Source: Armatimonadota bacterium (GTDB taxonomy: Bacteria; Bacillota; Desulfotomaculia; Desulfotomaculales; Nap2-2B). From it: a stretch of DNA of 64,000 bases. The DNA is taken from the NCBI GenBank assembly GCA_023511535.1, contig JAIMBK010000010.1:633-64632 (forward strand). Reading direction: 5' to 3'. Of the stretch, positions 57,089 to 64,000 are shown piece after piece. The notes below the pieces were generated by a model that saw only the letters and a list, made by a program, of their open reading frames with translations, did not search any database and was not told the origin of the DNA. Numbering within the stretch: position 1 is the first letter of the stretch; every line of letters starts with the position of its first letter. The position numbers were made by a program, and so were the translations under genes.

Positions 57089-57100
57089 CCGGGGGACCTA

Positions 57101-57129
57101 TTGACAAAATTTACGGCCGGGGAGAAAAT
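57101..57129 (+). promoter_or_regulatory. Candidate sigma-A promoter of the activator gene
   Basis: TTGACA (57101-57106), a 17-nt spacer and GAAAAT (57124-57129). Confidence 0.3.
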
Positions 57130-57155
57130 CGTCTAAAAAGAGGGGGGGGTAGCGG

Positions 57156-58691
57156 ATGAAGCAGGCCGCAGTTTATAATTTTCCGGAACCGAAGGGAGGT
57201 TCGGATCAACCGGTTGAAGCCCAAAAGAGAACGAACGAAGGGGCAAAAAAAGACCGGGACATCTTAAAAGGGTTTTTTCTCACCCCGGATGACCTGGTCA
57301 AATGTCTTCACGAACAGAAAGATGGTTTGTTAATCACAAACAGTGAGGGAATCGGTCTCTGGGTAAACGGGGCGATGGAAAAGGTGGTCGGCCTGACCCC
57401 CGGCTATTTCATCAACCAGCCGATCAGTTTACTTTTCGAGAAAGGCATATTTAAATACCAGGCGGTTACAGAAAGAGCCAGGCGGGAAAAAAACGAACTT
57501 ACGGACGTCCAGGTAGTAAATACAGGAAACACCGTCCTGGTGACGAGCATTCCCGTAACTGAACAAGAAAGACAGCTCAAATACATGATCACGACCGTCC
57601 GGAATATGGCTTATTTACACCCGTTTCCCCTCAGGGGCGAAGAAAAATCTCCGGACAAGGACGAGATTACTCCCGCCTTGCGCAGTTTAGGAATAATCTA
57701 CCGCAGCCGGGCCATGCAAAAGGTAATTGAACTGGCGGCACGCGTGGCCGCGACTGACGCCACCGTCTTAATCACCGGCGAGACGGGAGTCGGCAAAGAA
57801 TTAATCGCCAGGCTCATCCACAGACTCAGCAACCGGCAGGGAAGACCGTTTCTGCAAATTAACTGTACCGCCCTGCCGAAAGAGCTTGCCGAAGCAGAAT
57901 TGTTCGGCTACGAACGGGGGGCTTTTACGGGGGCGCGGCCGACGGGCAAAAAGGGGCTTTTCGAAGTGGCCGACGGAGGCACCATCCTGTTGGACGAAAT
58001 AGGGGAAATGCCTATGGAAATGCAGGCCAAGCTCCTCCGCTTTCTTCAAAATCAAGAATTTTTACGTTTAGGGGGCACCCAAACAGTACAGGTCAACGTG
58101 CGCGTTTTGGCCGCAACCAATTGCGATCTCTTTTCGCAGGTCAATGAAATGCGTTTCCGGTCTGATCTCTTTTATCGGTTAAACGTTGTCAATCTACATG
58201 TTCCGCCTCTACGTTTACGCCCGGAAGATATTCCTTTGCTTCTCGGGCACTATCTGCGACTATTTTGCCAAAAATACCGCGTTTATCGTCAATTCACCCC
58301 GGACACTTTTCGCTTGCTTTTGAAGTATTCCTGGCCCGGGAACATTCGCGAGCTCACCAACTTAGTCCACCATCTTGTTTTAATCAATGACCAGGCGGAA
58401 ATCACGCCCGCTTCATTGCCGGAGTACATAAAGGAGGGGCTGAAGAGGGTTTCGCTAACCCAGGAAAAGGCAACCGGAGGTCTACCGGGATCCATTCCGG
58501 GGGCGGGGTTGCTTGACGGAGTGAATTGCGGAACTTTGCGGGAACTCCTGGAGTCGATCGAAAAAGGCATTATCGAGGCAACTTTAAAAAACTCCTTAAG
58601 CATCAGAGACGCCTCACGAAGGCTCGGTGTTCCCCATCCTACCCTCATCGACAAAATGAAAAAATACAGTCTGGTCAAGGAAATATTTTGA
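57156..58691 (+). CDS. Sigma-54-dependent transcriptional activator (PAS - AAA+ - Fis-type HTH)
   Basis: VLITGETGVGKELIARLIH (Walker A), the ERGAFTGA sigma-54 contact loop (GAFTGA), ILLDEIGEM, and the C-terminal HTH IRDASRRLGVPHPTLIDKMKKY. Confidence 0.9.
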   Translation: MKQAAVYNFPEPKGGSDQPVEAQKRTNEGAKKDRDILKGFFLTPDDLVKCLHEQKDGLLITNSEGIGLWVNGAMEKVVGLTPGYFINQPISLLFEKGIFKYQAVTERARREKNELTDVQVVNTGNTVLVTSIPVTEQERQLKYMITTVRNMAYLHPFPLRGEEKSPDKDEITPALRSLGIIYRSRAMQKVIELAARVAATDATVLITGETGVGKELIARLIHRLSNRQGRPFLQINCTALPKELAEAELFGYERGAFTGARPTGKKGLFEVADGGTILLDEIGEMPMEMQAKLLRFLQNQEFLRLGGTQTVQVNVRVLAATNCDLFSQVNEMRFRSDLFYRLNVVNLHVPPLRLRPEDIPLLLGHYLRLFCQKYRVYRQFTPDTFRLLLKYSWPGNIRELTNLVHHLVLINDQAEITPASLPEYIKEGLKRVSLTQEKATGGLPGSIPGAGLLDGVNCGTLRELLESIEKGIIEATLKNSLSIRDASRRLGVPHPTLIDKMKKYSLVKEIF

Positions 58692-58855
58692 AGTATCAAC
58701 CTGGCCAGGGGGTTTTATCAGAATGTGATGGAATAATTGAGAACATTATGAGTTAATTTGAAAGGGGGTTTTTTAAAAACATTGTTCTAATTTACTCAGG
58801 AGTACCAAAACTACCACGTTCCGGAACGTAGGCGCTATAGAAGGGAGGGAAAACC

Positions 58856-59107
58856 GTGGTGAACAAATCATCTGGAAGCCCCGGTAAAGCCGGGACCCTG
58901 GCGAGCATCATCGCAGCGATTTTACTGATGTGCGTATTTCGCGTAGACTGGTGGTGGTGGGGAACCAGCCAGCCCCTTGTTTTTGGCTGGCTGACCTGGC
59001 CGATGCTGTACCAACTGTTGATCTTTGCGGTTGGCTGGTTGCTCGTAGTCCTTACCGTTATCTATTTGTGGCCGGATCCCGAAACACCGCCAAGAAAAAG
59101 GGAATAA
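58856..59107 (+). CDS. DUF3311-like small membrane protein accompanying the SSS transporter
   Basis: Two TM segments and a Trp-rich motif FRVDWWWWG. GTG start 6 nt after GGGAGGG, immediately upstream of the symporter gene. Confidence 0.65.
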   Translation: MVNKSSGSPGKAGTLASIIAAILLMCVFRVDWWWWGTSQPLVFGWLTWPMLYQLLIFAVGWLLVVLTVIYLWPDPETPPRKRE

Positions 59108-59125
59108 AAAGAGAGGAGGAAAACC

Positions 59126-60649
59126 ATGTCTGCACAGGTAGCCTGGGTGATTGGTGTTTTAATCGTATACCTGGCGGCAATCCTTTTTATTGGGTTGTGG
59201 AGTACGCGTTACGCCAAGTTTACCTTAGAGGATTACGCCATGGGCAGCCGTAGTTTCGGCTTTTGGGTTTTGTTTTCCACGGTCTTTGCCGCCAATATCT
59301 CCGCCGTTACCCTGATCGGGATTCCCGGCGCCGCCTACCACAACGGTTGGATTATGTGGCCGTACTTTGTCACTTCCTGGGCTTGGTTTACTCCCTGGTT
59401 ATTCTGGCTTCTTTCCAACCGATCGTGGATCCTGGGCCAACGATTCGGGTACATGACCCAGGCGGAAATTGTTAAGAATCGCTGGGACAGCCCCGCCCTT
59501 GGTTTTTTATTCAGTATTTGCCTCCTTTTTTACAGCGTGCCGTACCTCATGACGGGTATCCAGGGAGGCGGCAATGCGCTGGCCGGCCTCACCGGCAACG
59601 TAATTCCTTACTGGGCCGGCTGTTTGATCGTCGCCGTAATCGTTTGCGCTTACCTTGTCGCCGGAGGGATGCGGGGGGCGGCCTGGGTAAATACCCTGCA
59701 GGCGGCGATCTTTATGGTCGGAGTAATCATCATCTTCTTTAGTGTCGCCAATGTTTTCGGGGGATTAACGCCGGCCACCCAGCAAGTGGCGGATAAGTAC
59801 CCCTGGTTACTGGATAGAAGCAAATTTTCCTGGAAAATATTTTACAGCTACGGTTTCATAGTTGCTTTAAGCGTGCCGGTTTTTCCGCAAGTGTTTATGC
59901 GGATGATTACCGGTCGGTCTCCAAAGGCTCTGAAAGGCACCGTGATGATCTACCCGCTGGCAGGCCTGATCGTTTTTTTCACGATGGCCTATTCCGGTAT
60001 GTGGGGTCACCTGGCCTTTCCCGAATTGAAAGGAGCCGAATCAGATAAAATCTTGCCCATGGTGCTGGCCGCCTATCTGCATCCGGCCTTGATGGCCGTT
60101 TTGGGTTCCGCCATCTTTGCCGCGCTGATGTCCACCCTGGACTCGCAACTCTGGGCCGTTGCCGTTATTCTCGTGAAAGACTTCTTCCTGGGCCAGAAAA
60201 CAACTGCGATCAGCGAGGTCCAGGCGGTAAGGTGGTCTAGAATAATAACCGTCTCCTTAGCAGTGCTTGCCTTTATCTTAGCCCAATTTCAAATTGTCGG
60301 GATCATCAATATTGTTAATTTTGCCTTCGCCGGTTTTGCCGTTTTGATCTGGCCCATGGCCGCCGCCCTCTTATGGCGACGGTGCACCAAGCAGGCGGCC
60401 GCCGCTTCGATAATCGCATCCCAGTTTGTTCTCCTGGGTCTGCAGTACGGGATTCTTCCCAAGGCCTGGGCATTTGGCTTTCTCCCCGGTTTACCGGCAA
60501 TTATCGTCGGCCTCGTCGTTCTGGTGATCGTTACTTACCTGACCCCGGTTCCGGTAAACAAAGGAACGCAGGAGTTCTTTGAGACTTTTGCAACGGCCAT
60601 GCCGAAAAAAAGTATTTCCACTTCGGTGACGGGCAGGCAAATGGCTTAG
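59126..60649 (+). CDS. Sodium:solute symporter (SSS) family transporter
   Basis: 507 aa with ~13 TM segments. N-terminus ...IGLWSTRY...LEDYAMGSRSFG is typical of the SSS family. Confidence 0.85.
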   Translation: MSAQVAWVIGVLIVYLAAILFIGLWSTRYAKFTLEDYAMGSRSFGFWVLFSTVFAANISAVTLIGIPGAAYHNGWIMWPYFVTSWAWFTPWLFWLLSNRSWILGQRFGYMTQAEIVKNRWDSPALGFLFSICLLFYSVPYLMTGIQGGGNALAGLTGNVIPYWAGCLIVAVIVCAYLVAGGMRGAAWVNTLQAAIFMVGVIIIFFSVANVFGGLTPATQQVADKYPWLLDRSKFSWKIFYSYGFIVALSVPVFPQVFMRMITGRSPKALKGTVMIYPLAGLIVFFTMAYSGMWGHLAFPELKGAESDKILPMVLAAYLHPALMAVLGSAIFAALMSTLDSQLWAVAVILVKDFFLGQKTTAISEVQAVRWSRIITVSLAVLAFILAQFQIVGIINIVNFAFAGFAVLIWPMAAALLWRRCTKQAAAASIIASQFVLLGLQYGILPKAWAFGFLPGLPAIIVGLVVLVIVTYLTPVPVNKGTQEFFETFATAMPKKSISTSVTGRQMA

Positions 60650-60828
60650 GTTTTATTTCTAAAAGTTTTCAACACTTTTTCAAAAAACTGGAGAGTGAAA
60701 ATTGCACTAAAACTTTAATTATAAGGGCCGATCCAGCGGGGAGTAACCAAATGGCAGCCTGATCCTTTGAAACTGGACAATTTTTCTTTTTACTGCTTGT
60801 TACGGAAAATTTCTTTAAATATTAAGCG

Positions 60829-60931
60829 GCGGTCTTGACCGCCACCCCATCTGTGGTCAGGTCCAGTTACCGACGGGGCGAGGCCGGGAAACACGGCACG
60901 GTCGAGCAAATGCCCCGTCGGGCTGACCACA
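60829..60931 (+). ncRNA. Candidate structured RNA / cis-regulatory leader (class unknown)
   Basis: Nested perfect helices: GGCGGT/ACCGCC (60829-60844), TGTGGTCAG (60852-60860) with CTGACCACA (60923-60931), and CCGACGGGGC (60870-60879) with GCCCCGTCGG (60912-60921). It is a GC-rich block in an AT-rich spacer upstream of the response-regulator gene. Confidence 0.3.
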
Positions 60932-61017
60932 TATCAAGTTGCTTTTCCACCGAAATGTTTCCCGGGAGGAAAACACCCTTAATCGAGAATGATGCCGTAA
61001 ATAGGGGTTTTTTCCAA

Positions 61018-61638
61018 ATGTCTATCATTAAACTTCTTGTTATTGACGAACACCTTGTAATAAGAGAAGGGCTGGCGGTTATGCTTGCTTCCTATCCGGA
61101 TCTGCAATTAATTGGAACTTGCGGGAGCACGCTGGAAGCGTTCGAATTTCTTACCCACACCGTTCCTGACGTAATTTTAATGGATATCAAGATAGGAGGC
61201 AAAAATGGCCTGGAAGCCACCCGGGAAATAAAGGCCAGGTTCCCCGATATAAAAATACTCATTCTGACCATTTACGAGGATATGGATTCCGTTCGGCTTT
61301 CTCTGCAGGCCGGCGCTACCGGTTACATCTTGATAGACGTTTCCCAGGAAGAACTGGTCGAAAGTATTAGAAGAATCTATCAAGGTGAAGTGGTCATAGA
61401 TTCTGCTGTTTTCACTCAGTTTAAAAAGCGAGTGGGATCGAAAAGCGGTGAATTAACGATGAGGGAGAGCGAAGTATTGAAATACTTAGCCCAGGGGCTG
61501 ACAAACAAAGAAATATCGATAAAAACACATTTGGCAACCGCCACCATAAAAACCAACCGGAGAAACATTTATAGAAAATTAGGAGTTAAAAAAAACCGAT
61601 CGCAGGTAATAAACTTTCTCGTAAGCAAAAGCAGGTAA
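61018..61638 (+). CDS. NarL/FixJ (LuxR)-type response regulator, no adjacent histidine kinase
   Basis: REC domain IKLLVIDEHLVIREGL...DVILMDIKIGG...ILILTIY and LuxR HTH ESEVLKYLAQGLTNKEISIKTHLATATIKTNRRNIYRKLGV. The start is set at ATG 61018. The ORF-track 5' extension from 60835 covers the structured region. Confidence 0.85.
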   Translation: MSIIKLLVIDEHLVIREGLAVMLASYPDLQLIGTCGSTLEAFEFLTHTVPDVILMDIKIGGKNGLEATREIKARFPDIKILILTIYEDMDSVRLSLQAGATGYILIDVSQEELVESIRRIYQGEVVIDSAVFTQFKKRVGSKSGELTMRESEVLKYLAQGLTNKEISIKTHLATATIKTNRRNIYRKLGVKKNRSQVINFLVSKSR

Positions 61639-61778
61639 TCCAGCTTCAAAAATTCCTCCGTACCTCCTTTTTCTCTGTTGTACCCCTCCAGAGTTTTCCG
61701 CTTGTCAGCGCTCCGGCCCTGCGTTTATACTTAATTTACGCCGCTTCCTAACTCCTGTTATTAAGGAGGTCAGGTAAA

Positions 61779-63206
61779 TTGCCGGCCGACGTGCAGCTTT
61801 CCTTGCGCAGCAAGCAAAAACGGGCTATCCTCCTGCTGGCTTTGGAGGTGCTGGCCGTTTTGGCCGGCGGACTCATCCTGATCACTTTCTTCGGCCCGGC
61901 GGAATACAACCTGGAAGGTCTGCGCATCCTGGCCGCATTGAAACCTTCCCTGGATGGCCAGACCGTCGTCGAGCTGCCGCCCCTGGGCACTTTAACCATG
62001 CCGACCCACCGCACCCCGTTAGAAATCCACCTGACCTTGCAGAGCATCCAGCCCGATGTTCTGACCAGCGATTTCTCCCTGTCCGCAAGGGATCTGTGGT
62101 CCCGTTTCGCTTCTGCCGCCGCCGGCGTTATCCTGCATTTTCTCGTCAAACAGTTGATCCTCGGCGCCCTGGGGGCGGCCCTGGGCGTCTGGCTCCTCCG
62201 GCGCCCGCCGCTCCGGAGATGCCTGCAGGCGGCAGCCGCGGGACTTTTCCTGACCGCCGCGCTTTTCACCGCCACCTGGGCGACATACGATTTAAAGGCA
62301 GTGCGCGAACCGAAATTTGACGGTATTATTGCCTTCGCCCCCCGGATGCTGGCCCTGGCGGAAAACACCATGACAGAACTGGGGGATTTCCGGACGAAAG
62401 CCGCGGAGCTCACCGGAAATATCCAGAATCTTCTTTCTAAAATCGAACAAATGAACCTCGTCCAAACGCCCGCGGAAAACGACATCAAGCTGCTGGCCGT
62501 GGCCGATCTGCACAACAACCCGGTCGGCATTGATCTCACCCTTGCCCTGGCCAACTATTTTAACGTCGACGCCGTGCTGGACGCCGGCGACCTGACGGAT
62601 TACGGCTCTACTTTAGAGTTAAAAATTGTTAATTCCCTCCGGCAATTAAAGGTGCCGTATCTCTTCTCTGCCGGCAATCACGACTCCCCGGCGATCAGCG
62701 AGTTCGTCAACAATCTCCCGCAGGGCCGTGCTTTGGAAGGTAAAATCGCCGAAGTTAGCGGGATCAAAATCCTGGGCTCCCCCGACCCGCTGGCCGTCCG
62801 CCCTTTTCTCGTCCAGGCAAAGGAAAATTTGCTCCCCAACCAGATTGCTGATTTAAAAAGAAGTCTGCAAAAAGAGGGGGCCTTGCCGGATCTTTTGCTG
62901 GTCCACAACCCCGAAACGGCCCGCGCCTTCGCGGGAAAAATCCCTGTTTTAGTGGCCGGCCATACCCACCGCCCGGCTATCGAAAAAATTGACCGCAGCA
63001 TCTTCATTAATCCGGGTACGACGGGGGCAGCCGGCACCAGGGGGCTGGAAACCGGAACCGGTATCCCTTATTCGGCCGCCATTCTTTATTTTACCCACCC
63101 TCCCGGGCCGGAGTTAAGGGCCGTAGACACCGTCAAGTACAACCCCCTTTCCGGCAAATTCAGCGTCGAGCGCCAGATCATTTTGGAAAAAGAGGACAGC
63201 AAATAA
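61779..63206 (+). CDS. Membrane-anchored metallophosphoesterase (calcineurin-like)
   Basis: N-terminal TM segments, then LLAVADLHNN, DAGDLTDYG, SAGNHD and VAGHTH phosphoesterase motifs. TTG start 9 nt after AAGGAGG. Confidence 0.8.
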   Translation: MPADVQLSLRSKQKRAILLLALEVLAVLAGGLILITFFGPAEYNLEGLRILAALKPSLDGQTVVELPPLGTLTMPTHRTPLEIHLTLQSIQPDVLTSDFSLSARDLWSRFASAAAGVILHFLVKQLILGALGAALGVWLLRRPPLRRCLQAAAAGLFLTAALFTATWATYDLKAVREPKFDGIIAFAPRMLALAENTMTELGDFRTKAAELTGNIQNLLSKIEQMNLVQTPAENDIKLLAVADLHNNPVGIDLTLALANYFNVDAVLDAGDLTDYGSTLELKIVNSLRQLKVPYLFSAGNHDSPAISEFVNNLPQGRALEGKIAEVSGIKILGSPDPLAVRPFLVQAKENLLPNQIADLKRSLQKEGALPDLLLVHNPETARAFAGKIPVLVAGHTHRPAIEKIDRSIFINPGTTGAAGTRGLETGTGIPYSAAILYFTHPPGPELRAVDTVKYNPLSGKFSVERQIILEKEDSK

Positions 63207-63282
63207 TGAACATGGTGGAATGTTCTGCCAGATTAATTTATTGTCTTTTATTAAATCTGCTACAACATTGCTTAATATATCC

Positions 63283-63921
63283 TTAAAACTCTCCGCTCTC
63301 GGTAATAAAAGTGACCACTTCGGAAACATCCCTGATCTTTTTCTCCGGGGGAGTTTGGTCCGGGTAGCCCAGGGAAACAAAAGCGGCCAGCGATCGGGGC
63401 GGAGCGATGCCTAAAATCTGTTCCAGTTTCGGCCGGGCCGCCATCGGACCGGTCATCCAGCAGGTTCCCAGACCCTTTTCGCGGGCGGCTAAAAGAAGGG
63501 TCATGATTGCCGCGCCGATCCCCTGCAAATCCGGACGGCAACGCAATTCGTCGATGGCGTTTTGGGCGTAGCCGGCCATCTCCAGCGCCTCGTCCACCCG
63601 GGAACGGTACCTGGCCGTGGATACCGCGATCAGGACGGGGGCGTTGACGAAAAAGGTGGCCGAACGCCGGGGCCCCTCCAGCCAGTCCGGATTTTTTCCC
63701 GCTTCCCCGGCGATTCTTGCCAATTCCTCATTGATGGCGGCGGCCAGCCTTTCTTTGACGCTCTGCCCGATCACCACGTGAAATCCCCACATCTGCTGGT
63801 TGCCGGGAGTGGGGGCGTGCATGGCCAGGCGGATGATATCTAAAATGACTTCTTCGGGAACCGGTTCTTTTTTAAACTTGCGGATGCTTCTCCGGCTGAA
63901 AATAGCTTCCTGCAGCTCCAT
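63283..63921 (-). CDS. Nitroreductase-family protein
   Basis: AIFSRRSIRKFKKEPVPEEVILDIIRLAMHAPTPGNQQMWGFHVV. SD GGGAGGTG sits 7 nt before the ATG. Confidence 0.85.
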   Translation of the reverse strand: MELQEAIFSRRSIRKFKKEPVPEEVILDIIRLAMHAPTPGNQQMWGFHVVIGQSVKERLAAAINEELARIAGEAGKNPDWLEGPRRSATFFVNAPVLIAVSTARYRSRVDEALEMAGYAQNAIDELRCRPDLQGIGAAIMTLLLAAREKGLGTCWMTGPMAARPKLEQILGIAPPRSLAAFVSLGYPDQTPPEKKIRDVSEVVTFITESGEF

Positions 63922-64000
63922 TGCTGAACACCTCCCTATACGGATTACAGGATAATTAAGTTTTTCTGGAAAAGAATCGAAAGTCCTGCTGTCTCCGCGA

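Noticed and set aside
58692-58855. A second sigma-54 promoter in front of the DUF3311/SSS transporter genes
   Set aside because: The nearest candidates are TGGCCAgggggTTTTA and GGAACGtaggcGCTAT. The first lacks the -12 GC and the second has the wrong GG-GC spacing.

Overview
64-kb window from a spore-forming, fairly GC-rich Firmicute. Gene content and synteny look like Clostridia of the Desulfotomaculum/Pelotomaculum type, but the species cannot be determined from the sequence alone. LEFT ~28.7 kb is a minus-strand defence island that ends at tRNA-Cys next to a decayed tyrosine-integrase gene. It contains four parts. (i) A visibly AT-richer operon at 547-12169 encodes a 1986-aa P-loop NTPase, a 434-aa protein with a C-terminal HEPN-type RNxxxH motif, a SIR2-family protein, a HerA-family ATPase and a small nuclease-like ORF. 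(ii) A complete canonical type 1 BREX system (brxA-brxB-brxC-pglX-pglZ-brxL) lies at 12701-25394. (iii) Two tandem DUF488-like genes follow, one of them frameshifted. (iv) A gene-poor decayed segment sits at 26.5-28.1 kb. The main candidate for an undescribed system is the tightly packed giant-NTPase / HEPN / SIR2 / HerA operon, because SIR2-HerA is known only as a two-gene system. RIGHT ~35 kb is core chromosome with Bacillus-like synteny. It holds a tRNA cluster (Cys, Gly, Phe, Asp) interspersed with a CBS gene and a TumE-like pair, then ppdK-PDRP-ccpN-glyS-glyQ, recO, cwlD-like and other cell-wall enzymes. It also holds BrnT/BrnA, amj, a cofE-like gene, pdaD, a RelE-like TA pair, rdgB, murI, gerM and a permease. 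A sigma-54 controlled acyl-CoA ligase locus, an SSS transporter, an orphan LuxR-type response regulator, a metallophosphoesterase and a nitroreductase complete it. The intergenic regions of the core part carry three families of short repeats (octamer TGCCTNNG arrays, telomere-like heptamer tracts joined to an SD-containing module, and a GGGCTGGAATTGTCCGGCT element). There are also several probable non-canonical or mis-called starts and one unexplained structured region. All calls were made by eye from motifs, ORF structure and synteny. No database search was run.
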